63,081 nucleotides of DNA, filler included, from Deltaproteobacteria bacterium (GCA_030698575.1; 9 parts of 9 records of this genome joined end to end with filler, not necessarily neighbours in it); one strand, 5' to 3'. Counted from the first letter of the whole stretch, positions 1 to 9,534 are shown. Notes: generated by a model not told the origin, from the letters alone. Numbers and translations are program-made.

Positions 1-5
1 GGCGT

Positions 6-341
6 TCATGGCTTCATCCCGCCATTTTTGGCGATGACTTCAGCAACAAGATTGATCGGGACGAAACCGTAAACGGTGTCCGTTGGATCGCTATCTTTCC
101 CGTCGATGAACGGCATAAACTCATCGACCTTGGCGCTGGGAAATCCGACCTCGACTTCAAACCACGGGCCAAACCCGTCGCGGGGTTGGCAATAGTGCGA
201 GGGGCCGGTTTGCACCGACATGGTGAGGCCGTTTCCGCATTCGACAATCGGGATGTTGTCCATGTACCCGTCGCGCCCCTGATTGCGGTGGGCGGGCTTG
301 AGGCGTTCCTGCAATTCAGCGACAATCTGTTCGCCGTTCAT
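6..341 (-). CDS. Phage hypothetical protein
   Basis: 111-aa ORF (SVQTGPSHYCQPR...EVGFPS...VYGFVP), ATGA-coupled to the upstream ORF. Confidence 0.75.
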   Translation of the reverse strand: MNGEQIVAELQERLKPAHRNQGRDGYMDNIPIVECGNGLTMSVQTGPSHYCQPRDGFGPWFEVEVGFPSAKVDEFMPFIDGKDSDPTDTVYGFVPINLVAEVIAKNGGMKP

Positions 342-436
342 GTATCTCTCCCTGCACTCATAATCGCGGCGAGCATAAAGCCGAGCATCCCGAAGACGGG
401 CGCTGCGACGGCGAAGCCTGTCCAGAAGGCGGTCAT
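338..436 (-). CDS. Small hydrophobic phage peptide (32 aa, not in ORF track)
   Basis: MTAFWTGFAVAAPVFGMLGFMLAAIMSAGRDT; ATGA overlaps at both ends. Confidence 0.65.
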   Translation of the reverse strand: MTAFWTGFAVAAPVFGMLGFMLAAIMSAGRDT

Positions 437-666
437 TTCGTTTCCTCGGCGGCTATGAGGGCGCGGTGGGCGAGCATGGCGTCGGCGGCCTGATAGGCGA
501 TTGCCCCGTTTTCGTTGTGCCAGCGCACGGTCTGCGAGCCTTGGCTGAGCAATCCGATCAGAGCTTGCCCCGCAAACCAGTCACGTAGCGTCATGCCGAC
601 AACGAGATCGCCATCCTCGTTTGAGCTTGGAAATGCCGCTCCACCGTCTTTCGGGTTGCCGCTCAC
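433..666 (-). CDS. Conserved phage hypothetical protein
   Basis: GGAAFP...GMTLRDWFAGQAL...AYQAADAML, a common phage early-protein motif. Confidence 0.85.
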   Translation of the reverse strand: MSGNPKDGGAAFPSSNEDGDLVVGMTLRDWFAGQALIGLLSQGSQTVRWHNENGAIAYQAADAMLAHRALIAAEETK

Positions 667-995
667 GACTTCTCTCCGGGGTTGGATGGTTCACGGGCGA
701 GGGACAGGGCGGCGCGGGCGCGGCGTTCTACTTGGCCTTTGATGACAAACCCGCCATGCTCTTTCATGCATTCGTCGAGTGCCTCGTACAGTTCCGGCAC
801 GGCGAGCGCCGATGCTATTTTCTCGACGGCTTCAAACTCCATGCGGCGCACATCAATAATTCCGCCGCGCTGCCGTTGCGCTAGTGCTTGTTCGATGCGC
901 CCGCTCTCGCCGCTGAAAATTGCGCGGGCACGGTTCAATGCGCTGTCGCCGCGTAGCAGGGCCATCACCTCGTCGTCCGTGCGCCGGGCGCTCAT
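663..995 (-). CDS. Phage hypothetical protein
   Basis: Start MSARRTDD at 995 is ATGA-coupled to the upstream peptide; stop overlaps the next start. Confidence 0.65.
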   Translation of the reverse strand: MSARRTDDEVMALLRGDSALNRARAIFSGESGRIEQALAQRQRGGIIDVRRMEFEAVEKIASALAVPELYEALDECMKEHGGFVIKGQVERRARAALSLAREPSNPGEKS

Positions 996-1084
996 GTCGG
1001 CACGACTCCCCATATCGCCACGACAATCGCCACGAACATCAGGCCGCACATGGAGCCGGATAGGAGTTGGCGGGTCATGCTCAT
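992..1084 (-). CDS. Small hydrophobic phage peptide (30 aa, not in ORF track)
   Basis: MSMTRQLLSGSMCGLMFVAIVVAIWGVVPT; ATGA overlaps at both ends. Confidence 0.6.
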   Translation of the reverse strand: MSMTRQLLSGSMCGLMFVAIVVAIWGVVPT

Positions 1085-1305
1085 GCGCCGACGCCGAATT
1101 GGCTGTTATCGGCGCGAAGCTGCGCGGCGTCGTCGCTCTCGACGGCGATAAACTCATCAATTGTTTGCTGGATTAGGCCCGCCAGCCGTTCGATCCGCGC
1201 AATGGCGCTTTCGAGATGCGGAACGTCTGGGCAACCATCGAGGCTGTATGCGGCAAGTTCCCAAGCCTTAGCTTGGAAGTCGTATGTTCCAGTTGTGCTT
1301 GCCAT
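1081..1305 (-). CDS. Phage hypothetical protein, first gene of the leftward operon
   Basis: ATG at 1305 with a purine-rich RBS, just downstream of the PL-like promoter. Confidence 0.65.
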   Translation of the reverse strand: MASTTGTYDFQAKAWELAAYSLDGCPDVPHLESAIARIERLAGLIQQTIDEFIAVESDDAAQLRADNSQFGVGA

Positions 1306-1333
1306 ATCCCTGTCCCTTCCGTTCGATGAGGGG

Positions 1334-1385
1334 ACAATGACACGCCATAGCGTGTTGGTCAAGCACGAAACACGCTGCGGCGTGT
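1334..1385 (-). promoter_or_regulatory. PL-like promoter with two operators
   Basis: Minus strand TTGACC(1362-1357)-17 nt-CATTGT; operators ACACGC-CATA-GCGTGT (1340-1355) and ACACGC-TGCG-GCGTGT (1370-1385). Confidence 0.8.
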
Positions 1386-1539
1386 TTTTATTTGCTAGGG
1401 ATTTGGCGCTATCGGGGGAATCCGGTCACTTTTGACCGGATTTCCACAGCCAACAAAGGCGGTGCGTTGTTAGCCCCGTCTTTGGGGCGTACTATGCTGA
1501 GTTGTGAATTGTCGCTTGGCAGAGCATAGGAATAAAATC

Positions 1540-1568
1540 TTGTATTGGCGCGCGGGGGCCGCTATGAT
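1540..1568 (+). promoter_or_regulatory. Sigma70-type promoter reading toward, and antisense to, the repressor gene
   Basis: TTGTAT(1540-1545)-17 nt-TATGAT(1563-1568). Confidence 0.6.
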
Positions 1569-1606
1569 TCCGGGTACAAACGGCGATCAGCCGGTAAGGG
1601 GGGATT

Positions 1607-1807
1607 GTGACGCTCCGCCTTTCGCTTGCCCTCTTGGACGAATGGGACAGACTGACCCCAGAGGCTAAGACGCGCGCGCTTGCTTTTGTGACGGCGCTCG
1701 CTGCGCCCGAAAAAAAGTTAGTGCCGCTTGCTTTTGGTCGTCGGACAGAGAAGAAACCACGCGGATCAGTTCCTCATCCTCGGGCGTCATTTCTGTCCCC
1801 AGAATGA
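1607..1807 (+). CDS. Possible small antisense ORF overlapping the repressor 3' end (candidate antirepressor)
   Basis: GTG start after AAGGGGGG and the 1540-1568 promoter; amphipathic N-terminal helix. Confidence 0.4.
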   Translation: MTLRLSLALLDEWDRLTPEAKTRALAFVTALAAPEKKLVPLAFGRRTEKKPRGSVPHPRASFLSPE

Positions 1808-1997
1808 CGTGAAGGCTGCTGGCGCGGCCTAGCACCTTCAAGAGCCGGACGAGGCGGTCGGTCCCTGGTTGCTTCCCGTTCTTGAGCATTTGCTGGACGT
1901 AGTTTTCCCCACAACGCGCCGCAAGACTGATTTCTTTCAGGGGACGGCCGTCCTCCCGAATCGCCGCTACAAGCCGCTGATACCAACCTTTTTGCAT
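1665..1997 (-). CDS. CI-like XRE/HTH repressor with no S24 peptidase domain
   Basis: LKEISLAARCGENYVQQMLKNGKQP helix-turn-helix; divergent from the cro-like gene. Confidence 0.8.
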   Translation of the reverse strand: MQKGWYQRLVAAIREDGRPLKEISLAARCGENYVQQMLKNGKQPGTDRLVRLLKVLGRASSLHVILGTEMTPEDEELIRVVSSLSDDQKQAALTFFRAQRAPSQKQARAS

Positions 1998-2009
1998 AAA
2001 TCGACGCTA

Positions 2010-2066
2010 ACACGCTGAGGACACGCGATTACGTGTCTTGACCAACACGCCATAGCGTGTCAGATT
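2010..2066 (+). promoter_or_regulatory. PR-like promoter with operators
   Basis: TTGACC(2038-2043)-17 nt-CAGATT(2061-2066); operators ACACGC-GATT-ACGTGT (2021-2036) and ACACGC-CATA-GCGTGT (2045-2060); half-site at 2010-2015. Confidence 0.8.
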
Positions 2067-2072
2067 ACGGGA

Positions 2073-2297
2073 ATGAGCGTCGATCTGCTGACGGAAGTAG
2101 AAGCGTTCCTAGTCGAATCGGGCTTGGGAGAGCACCGCTTTGGCATCTTGGCCGTGAAGAACGGCCGACTGGTCGAGCGGCTGAGAAACAACCGCCGCAT
2201 CTGGCCGGACACGGAAATGAAGGTTCGCGCCTTCATCCGTTCGCGCCGCGATTCACAGAAATCAACACGCAACCTAAGCCGGGGGGTCGCAGCATGA
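2073..2297 (+). CDS. Cro-like small DNA-binding protein
   Basis: LLTEVEAFLVESGLGEHRFGILAVKNGRLVERLR resembles alphaproteobacterial phage Cro-like proteins; ATG lies 6 nt after the -10 box. Confidence 0.8.
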   Translation: MSVDLLTEVEAFLVESGLGEHRFGILAVKNGRLVERLRNNRRIWPDTEMKVRAFIRSRRDSQKSTRNLSRGVAA

Positions 2298-3046
2298 CCG
2301 CTATCGACTTGACGATTCCGACTTCGCTTGATCGTACCAACAATCTTCCGGCGATGGTGGACCGGGCCGCACGGACGCTGGCGAGCGCACACAACGCCGC
2401 CGAAGTTCTGGAAGCCCGCGACATGGCCTCGGTCGCTTACGACGCGGCCAAGCGTGCCGCCCGGCTCATGGCAGCCAAGGGCGCGTTCAACGAACTTCTC
2501 GCCAAGGTGACGCGGGCACAGGCCGAGGCGTTGGAAATTGAAGCCGCCGCGAACCGTCGCATCGCCGACGAATACGACGCGGCGCAGGAGCGGGGGGAAG
2601 TCACTACCGCAGGCGGCGACCGCAGCAAAATTCCAGACGGGAAACTTGCTGGAACGCAAGTCATCCCGCCGAAACAACTCCACGAAGCCCGCATGATCCG
2701 TGACGCTGAAAAGGCGTCGCCGGGGATCGTCGCCAACACCATCAAGGAAGCGATTGACGCGGGACAGGAGCCGACGCGGGCGAAGGTCCGCCGGGCCGTC
2801 CTGAGAACCGTCAAGCCGGATGCTGCGCCGTCTCGTCCGACACGCGGCAAGGCGGCAATCATTCTCCGCGTCCGCGAGGCGATAGCCGCTTTGTCCGGAC
2901 TGCCGCCGGCATACGAAGTCATCGAATACCTGAGAGGTACTGACGACGCTGTGATCGTCGGCGAGCGCCTGCCAGACGCGGCGAAGTGGCTGGCCGCCTT
3001 TGCAGACCTTTGGCCCGAGGAGGACGACAATGCTGAAAATGGCTGA
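2294..3046 (+). CDS. Phage hypothetical helical protein
   Basis: ATG at 2294 coupled to the cro stop; Ala-rich helical N-terminus. Confidence 0.75.
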   Translation: MTAIDLTIPTSLDRTNNLPAMVDRAARTLASAHNAAEVLEARDMASVAYDAAKRAARLMAAKGAFNELLAKVTRAQAEALEIEAAANRRIADEYDAAQERGEVTTAGGDRSKIPDGKLAGTQVIPPKQLHEARMIRDAEKASPGIVANTIKEAIDAGQEPTRAKVRRAVLRTVKPDAAPSRPTRGKAAIILRVREAIAALSGLPPAYEVIEYLRGTDDAVIVGERLPDAAKWLAAFADLWPEEDDNAENG

Positions 3047-3647
3047 CATTCTCCACAGCGTACAGCGTCGCGAGGAAGACGAGCCGGCGGTACTCGACAC
3101 CCGCGTCAAGCCGGTCATTCGCATCATCAACGGGGCACTTGACGAAGACCCGGATTCGCCGAGCGCGATCATACTGAACGGGCGCATCGATCCGAACACG
3201 CTACGCTTTCTCAAAGTGGACAGCAGCTATCAGCGTCCGCTCGCCGATCGTTCCGATATTTTCGAGGCGATCAAGTCCGGCGTCGTCGTGCCGAACATCG
3301 ATATCGGCGTGCGCGGTCAGGATTTCACGACCGATGGCGATGATTTCCTGATCAATTCGGCAGCCTACATCATCGATGGCTGGCAGCGCGTCGGCAACGC
3401 CATGCGCCTGCTTGAACTGATGCCGAACCATCCGGTTCGTATCTTTGCCACGGTGCATTTTGGAACCAACGATATTTGGGAGCGGCACCGCTTCACCGAG
3501 TTGAACAAGAACATTCGCAAGGTGTCGCCGAACCTGCATCTTCGCAATATGCGGGACGGAAACGATGCGGTGTTGACGCTCTACGGTCTGTCCAACAACA
3601 CCCGCGAATTTCAGCTCTACGGCAAGGTGTCGTGGTCGCAGAACATG
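3030..3647 (+). CDS. ParB/DGQHR-like domain protein, 3' truncated by gap
   Basis: VDSSYQRPL and YIIDGWQR motifs; RBS GAGGAGG. Confidence 0.65.
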
Positions 3648-3747
3648 NNNNNNNNNNNNNNNNNNNNNNNNNNNNNNNNNNNNNNNNNNNNTTAATTAAT
3701 TAANNNNNNNNNNNNNNNNNNNNNNNNNNNNNNNNNNNNNNNNNNNN
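3648..3747. other. Assembly linker. Others at 17221-17320, 30376-30475, 33972-34071, 39377-39476, 44758-44857, 56405-56504 and 59063-59162
   Basis: N runs flanking TTAATTAATTAA, which has stops in all frames. Confidence 0.99.
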
Positions 3748-5738
3748 GGCGCGACATATCGGCGCGTCTCATCGAGATCTCGGCGTCGCTTCTCGAGTCG
3801 GCCACCGGCGAGATTCTCCTCACAGAGCTCGAGGACGACCGACCCGCCGCATCGAACGGAATGTCCGAAGACGCCGATTCTGACGAGATGAGCGTCCAGG
3901 CGGTCGCCGATTCCGTCGACGATGAAAGCTCGACCCTGGCGGGACTGCGCATCGGGGTGGAGGATCTCGACACGCTTCTGACGGAGGCCGATGCCTTCCT
4001 CGCACGCGGCAATCACACCGCCGGAATCGAAATGCTCGAACGGGCCGCCGACCTTCACCCTTCCGAGAAGGCGCCGCTTTGCAGGCTTCAGACAATCCAC
4101 GAGGAGTGCGCCGATTGGGCCGCGCTCGCCGAGGTGAACCGCCGTCTCGCAAGCGTTCCCACCCCGGGTAGCATGGCCCCGTGCGACGACCCACTCCCGT
4201 CCATCCCCGCGACCGCACTGAATCACGGAGAAGACCCGGACGTCCTGGCGGCGCCCGACTCCCCTCTGCTTGCAGATGCACCCGCAACTTCCGCCGTCGA
4301 GCCGGAGGCAGATTGTAAAATAAACGCCGGCGACTTCGACGTGCAGATCGTCATCGACGAGAAGGAGATGGGCGCCACCGGCGAGCAGGCGCCGGCGAAG
4401 GAAACGGGCTTCCGGAGCGCCCTTACGGGGCTACCCCTCCGGGATCTCTTCCTGGACCGGGTTGATCGCGCGATCGCGCGCAAGGATCGGATCGAAAGCT
4501 ACAAATTCGCGGTGCTCGTGCTCGACATCGATCGTTTCAAGCGGATCAACGACGAGTTCGGCCTCCACCAGGCCGACGAAATGCTCGTGGCGGTCGCGCA
4601 GAGGCTCGAGAAATGCCTCCGGAAGAGCGACACGGCAGCCTACCTCGGCGGGGACGAGTTCGGAGTCCTTCTCGAGAACCTCCGCGGCGAGCATGACGCG
4701 ATCCGTCTCGCCCGGAAGATAACCCGGCGCCTGTCCTCGCCCTTTGAGCTCAACGGCCGGGAGGTCGAGATCAGCGCGAGCATCGGCGTTGCGTTGAGCG
4801 CGACCGGCTACGATCGCCCTGAGAAGCTGCTGCAGGACGCCGATGCAGCGATGTTCCGGGCGAAGGCGAACGGAGGCGGCTCAACGGAGCTGTTCGATGA
4901 GAGCCTGCGCACGCGGGCGGCCGCCCTCCTGGAGCTGGAAACCAATTTGAGGCGCGCTCTCGACGCCGGCGAGTTTCTGATTCACTACCAGCCGATCGTA
5001 GCTCTCGGCAGCGGCCGTGTCGTCGGCTTCGAGGCCCTGGCCCGCTGGCAACATCCCGAGGGAAACCTGATTGCGCCCAACGACTTCATCCCCATGGCCG
5101 AGGAGATCGATCTCATCGGCCCCATCGAGAAGTGGCTCATCGGCGAGGCTTGCCGCCAGCTCGGCGAGTGGCAACGCAATCACCCCGAAGAGGTCCCCCT
5201 GACCATGAACGTGAACGTCTCGGGCAAGCATCTCGCGCAGGAGAGCTTCATCGGGCACCTCGAGGAAGCGCTCTCCGAGTCGGGGATCGAGCAGGGCACC
5301 TTGATCTTCGAAGTGACCGAGAAGGCGCTCCTCGAGAACGCCGGGATCCTCCCTGCCCTGATGCCGAAGCTCGAGGCGTTGCGCGTCCGCCTGAGCGTCG
5401 ACGACTTCGGATCGAGCCTGTCTTCGCTCTCGCTGCTCCAGCGGTATCCCTTCGCGGCGCTCAAGATCGACGCGGCCCGCGCAGCGAACGGCGGCGCGGG
5501 CTTCGAGGGCCCGGGCTTTTTTGGCGCAGACATGATTCGAGCGCTGATCAGCCTTGCGCGGATTCTCGGGTCCGACTCTGTCGTCAAGAATGTCGAGAGG
5601 GAGGAACAGCTGGCCGAGCTCCGCGAGACCGGCTGCGACCACGCCCAGGGTCACCTGTTCTGCCGGGCCGTCGACGACCGCGAGGCGTCCGGCCTGATCG
5701 GCGAAACGCTTCCGCGCACCCCGCCTGTCGAGAGCTGA
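3748..5738 (+). CDS. GGDEF-EAL protein, 5' truncated
   Basis: LGGDEF and FEALARW motifs; later EAL motifs are degenerate (DDFGSS, KIDAAR, VKNVE). Confidence 0.9.
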
Positions 5739-5741
5739 GCT

Positions 5742-7214
5742 TCAGCCGCTGGTCAACCCGACGAGTTTGCGAACCTCGCCCGCATCCAGGGTCTCGAGCC
5801 GCCGGATGAGCGTCAGCGCCGCTGAAGCGCGTTCCGGACCGACGTTCGCACCCGCCTCGCGCAAGAACTTCTCCTCGACGGCGGCCCGCTTCTCGGCCAT
5901 CGGACGCCCCGCGCCTCCTGCAGGAACCTCGACCTCCGCTTCCATGGATCGCCCGCCGGCCAAACGCACCAGAACGCGCGATCCGAATGACATCTTGAAT
6001 CCCGCCAGGTCGGCGCTCTCCAGATCGAGGGTGGCGCGTGGTCCGACCGGCCCGTCCTCGATCTTCACGAGCGACGACTCCTGCATGCGCTGTGTCATAT
6101 TGTCATCGAAGCCCAGCTGAACTTTCGCAGCGAGCGCCCAGACCGCCGGATCGGCGATGCGCGCGCGCGTGAACTGCCGGGGGGACAATTCCCGATCGAT
6201 GAGCGCCACGGCGACGTTGTAGGGGACGGAGAAGTTGAGGGTGACGGGGGTGCTCTTCGGACCCCGGAGGTGAGAAAGTGAGAGCGCCTCCATGCCGAGG
6301 GTCAGCGGGCCGGCATTGACCTCGATCGCCTCCACCTCCGCCGGATCGATCGCCTCGCGCCCCACGAGTTCGAGCACGCAGTCGACAGCGGTGTCGACGT
6401 ATGCGCAGCCGGGATAGATCTTGAAACAGAGCGTTTCAGTGAGCCAGGTGACGCCGAGTCCGCGGTAGGCGCCCATGAGCGGCTTGTCGGTGAAGGCGGC
6501 CACGAAACCCTGATCGCTCTCGAGAACGTCTCCGCACCCCTCGAGACCCGCCGCCGCGAGCTCCGCAGCCTGCACGCCGCCCACGGTCGTCGGGGACGCA
6601 AGGAGGATCTTCGCCTCGGAGCCGAAGAAAGGGGCCCAGAGTCCGTGAGGAGGCTGAAGCATGGCGATGCCCAGCGCCGATCGCATGCCGTCCGCATCGA
6701 GGCCGAGCATCTTTCCCGCCGCGACGGCGCCGCCGACGAGATGGATGAAGGTCCAGAGCTGGCCGTTCTGAGGGCCAAGGAGCACCGACGCGCCCACGCG
6801 CCCCTCAACCTCGTTGGCAATCACTTGCGAGAGGAGCAAGTCACGCCCCGTGAGATTTCGGGCTTCGGCCATCGCGAGGCTCGCCAGCACCGCGGAGTGC
6901 CCGGTGTGCCCGGCGAAGAGGTAGTCGTCGTAGTCGAGCGCCATGCTGAGGGCGGCGTTCGCGTAGATCGCGTGGTGCAAGGAGGTTCGCCGGCCTGACG
7001 GGATCATCGTCGCGCTCTCGTCCCCGCCCCCCCAGGCCGTGACGGCCTTCACGACGGCGGCGCCCGCCTCGGTGCCGGCGCCCGCGTGAACCGCCCCGAG
7101 CACGCTCATGACCTGGCTCTTGGCCTCCTCGATGACCTTCTCCGGGATGTCCTGGAATTTCAGGCCGGCACTCCAGTCGGCGAGCACTGTGGTCACGTCT
7201 TCCCTGGCCGTCAT
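5742..7214 (-). CDS. MmgE/PrpD family protein
   Basis: ALDYDD...GHTGHSAVLASLA and FKIYPGC motifs. Confidence 0.88.
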   Translation of the reverse strand: MTAREDVTTVLADWSAGLKFQDIPEKVIEEAKSQVMSVLGAVHAGAGTEAGAAVVKAVTAWGGGDESATMIPSGRRTSLHHAIYANAALSMALDYDDYLFAGHTGHSAVLASLAMAEARNLTGRDLLLSQVIANEVEGRVGASVLLGPQNGQLWTFIHLVGGAVAAGKMLGLDADGMRSALGIAMLQPPHGLWAPFFGSEAKILLASPTTVGGVQAAELAAAGLEGCGDVLESDQGFVAAFTDKPLMGAYRGLGVTWLTETLCFKIYPGCAYVDTAVDCVLELVGREAIDPAEVEAIEVNAGPLTLGMEALSLSHLRGPKSTPVTLNFSVPYNVAVALIDRELSPRQFTRARIADPAVWALAAKVQLGFDDNMTQRMQESSLVKIEDGPVGPRATLDLESADLAGFKMSFGSRVLVRLAGGRSMEAEVEVPAGGAGRPMAEKRAAVEEKFLREAGANVGPERASAALTLIRRLETLDAGEVRKLVGLTSG

Positions 7215-7260
7215 TGATTCTCCTCAGGCGCAGTGCCGCGCGCCACTCTCGCGCCGATCT

Positions 7261-9249
7261 TCAAGGCGCCGTCCTGTCGTCAACTGCGCGAGCGCCGAGA
7301 CGGTCGGCCAGCCGCCAGGCGATGCGGGTCGCCATCGCCATGATGGTCACCTGGGGATTGACGCCGACACAGTCCGGAAAGACCGAGCCGTCGGCGACGA
7401 AGAGGCCCGGAAGGGCGTAGCTCTCGCCCGAAGGGTCGACGGCACAGCGCTGCGGGTCGTCGCCCATCCGCGCCGTCCCCACCGGATGAAAGCCGGCCAC
7501 CGCCAGCGAGGCGGCCTTCACGGACGCCTCTGAGATCGCCTGGATCTGCGAGGGACTCTCCAGCACCGGAACCTCCGGTATCCCCGGGTACACGCGCCGC
7601 GCCCCCGCTGCAAAAAAGATACGGGCGGCGATCTCGATGCCGGAGACAAGACGGCGTGTATCGGTTTCGCCGAGCTGGTAAGTCATCCACGGCTCACCTC
7701 CCGGCATGCGGCGCACGCGCCCGGTGGTGGAGTCGGCCACAAAGAGCCCCACCGATGCGATCTTGCGATAGTCGGCGAGGGAATTCTTGAGCTTCTCCCC
7801 GACCCCGGGCACACCCGCGGCGGAGAGCCCGGGAAGCGGCGAAGTGACCTCGAAGAGCAGTCCGTGGCTTTCCCGGTACGCGTCGGTGAAGTATGGCTGC
7901 AGCGTTCCCCGCCAACCGTAGACATCCTCATCGAATTGTGCGGTGACCCCCACTGCGGGATGAACGCGCAAGTTCCGCCCGACGACGCTGCGCGGTGACC
8001 CAGCCCCGCTGGCCATGAGGAGGAGCGGCGTGTGCACCGCGCCCGCGGCGAGCACCACGTGATCGGCGCGGATGCGGAGCCTCCCCTGTACTTCCGCGGC
8101 GACGGTCGCGCCGTCGCCATCCGAGAGGATCTGCGCCTCGACTCCCTCTGCGCGTCCGCCCCGGGTGAGGATGCGCGTCACCCGGCAGCGCGCGTACACG
8201 CTTGCGCCCGCCCGCTCCGCGCGCGGCAGGTACGAGAGGTGCATCGCCTGCTTGGCGTCGCTCGGGCATCCGAAGGCGCACACGCCACAGCCGCGGCACC
8301 CGTCGATGTTCCGGCGGATCGGCGCGCCCTCGATTCCAAGCGCGGCCAGGCCGCGGCGGAAGACCCGCGCGTTCTCACCGAGCAGCTCTTCGGGCACGGG
8401 CTTCACATGGATCGTCCGCTCCACCCGATCGAAGACGCCGGCCATGGCGTCGGGCGCCACTCCTTCAATACCCCATTCTGTTTCCCATGCCTTCAGCACC
8501 TCGTCCGGGGGCCGGAAGCAGGTGCCCGAGTTCACAACCGTGGTGCCGCCGACGGCCTTGCCGAGCGGCACTGGCACGAAGGGGCGGCCCAGCGCGAGCG
8601 TCAGCCCGCCGTCGCGGTAGAGCCGGCGCATGCGGTCGGGGAGCGAACCCTGGAAATCTTGCTGGGTGAAGTAGGCGCCCTCCTCGACGACCGCGACGGA
8701 GAGCCCGCGCTCGGCGAGTTCCTTCGCGACCACCGCCCCTCCCGCGCCCGAACCCACCACGACCACATCGACCTTGACATCGACCTCCCCCGAGATTGCC
8801 GGGTAAGCCTTCGGCCGGAGGCGCGGCCCGGGTCGGGGCGGCGAAGCGTCGAGGCAGCGATGGTCGAAGCCGATCGCGTCGGCGACTTGCGGGTGCGCCG
8901 CGTAGGCCGCCACGCAGAGGGTCTTGAGAGGAAGCAGCATGGCGCGGCGCCATCCTTGCTTCTCGGCGCTTTCGAGATAGGCGGCGCGGCCGGCTTCTCC
9001 GAGGCGGGAGAAACGGGAAAAGTGGCGGCTTGCCAGTGGGGCCATCTCCCAGGCCGCAAGCATCGCGCGCAGGCTCGCTCGTCCCGAGGCCGGGAGCGCC
9101 CCGATGCCCCGGGCAACCTCCAGGGCCACGCCGGTCTCGTCGGCGCCCGGCGCGATGACGCCGCCCGCCGGCAGGATGGCGCGCGCGGTCTCCACAAGGG
9201 TCCGGAAGCCTCGGCTACCGATCAAGGCTTTCGCATTTTCCGGCGTCAT
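7261..9249 (-). CDS. GMC family FAD oxidoreductase with N-terminal extension
   Basis: VVVGSGAGG, GGTTVVN, CRGCGVCAFGCP, HPVGTARMG and GVNPQVT motifs. Confidence 0.9.
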   Translation of the reverse strand: MTPENAKALIGSRGFRTLVETARAILPAGGVIAPGADETGVALEVARGIGALPASGRASLRAMLAAWEMAPLASRHFSRFSRLGEAGRAAYLESAEKQGWRRAMLLPLKTLCVAAYAAHPQVADAIGFDHRCLDASPPRPGPRLRPKAYPAISGEVDVKVDVVVVGSGAGGAVVAKELAERGLSVAVVEEGAYFTQQDFQGSLPDRMRRLYRDGGLTLALGRPFVPVPLGKAVGGTTVVNSGTCFRPPDEVLKAWETEWGIEGVAPDAMAGVFDRVERTIHVKPVPEELLGENARVFRRGLAALGIEGAPIRRNIDGCRGCGVCAFGCPSDAKQAMHLSYLPRAERAGASVYARCRVTRILTRGGRAEGVEAQILSDGDGATVAAEVQGRLRIRADHVVLAAGAVHTPLLLMASGAGSPRSVVGRNLRVHPAVGVTAQFDEDVYGWRGTLQPYFTDAYRESHGLLFEVTSPLPGLSAAGVPGVGEKLKNSLADYRKIASVGLFVADSTTGRVRRMPGGEPWMTYQLGETDTRRLVSGIEIAARIFFAAGARRVYPGIPEVPVLESPSQIQAISEASVKAASLAVAGFHPVGTARMGDDPQRCAVDPSGESYALPGLFVADGSVFPDCVGVNPQVTIMAMATRIAWRLADRLGARAVDDRTAP

Positions 9250-9477
9250 TCGCGGGTGTGCTCCCGGTCGCGCGTGAGTGGGCGGTGCGCCATCGCCGGG
9301 GATTGTACCGCCAAGCCGGCGCTCCTGGATACCCGGGGGGGACCGCACGCGGGAGCTGCAACCTTTGCATGGCTTCGCGTTCAAAGACAAACTCGGACGC
9401 AAAGATTTCATCCGGCTCACCGGGCGGTCGGAGGCGTAAGCCCGGCTATCTTGTGCTTCGAGCAAGGAGGAGGCACA

Positions 9478-9493
9478 TGGAACAGCGATTGCA
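9478..9493 (+). promoter_or_regulatory. Sigma54-type promoter
   Basis: TGGAAC-AGCGA-TTGCA with GG-N10-GC spacing, about 40 nt upstream of the ATG at 9535. Confidence 0.55.
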
Positions 9494-9534
9494 AGCTAGT
9501 AGGGCGGGCCAGAAGGCCGAGAAGGAGGAGTCAG

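Larger units (their letters stand above)
1..3647. mobile_element. Temperate phage/prophage fragment: early-left genes, immunity switch, early-right genes
   Basis: Divergent HTH genes, palindromic operators, and chains of small ORFs coupled by ATGA overlaps, including a GMTLRDWFAGQAL-type phage protein. Confidence 0.85.

Noticed and set aside
1500-1545. LexA box controlling the antisense promoter
   Set aside because: No good match to GAAC-N7-GAAC or CTGT-N8-ACAG
3648-3747. Recurrent TTAATTAATTAA motif within N runs (eight times)
   Set aside because: Artificial contig linker; ORFs ending in X...LIN are artefacts of it
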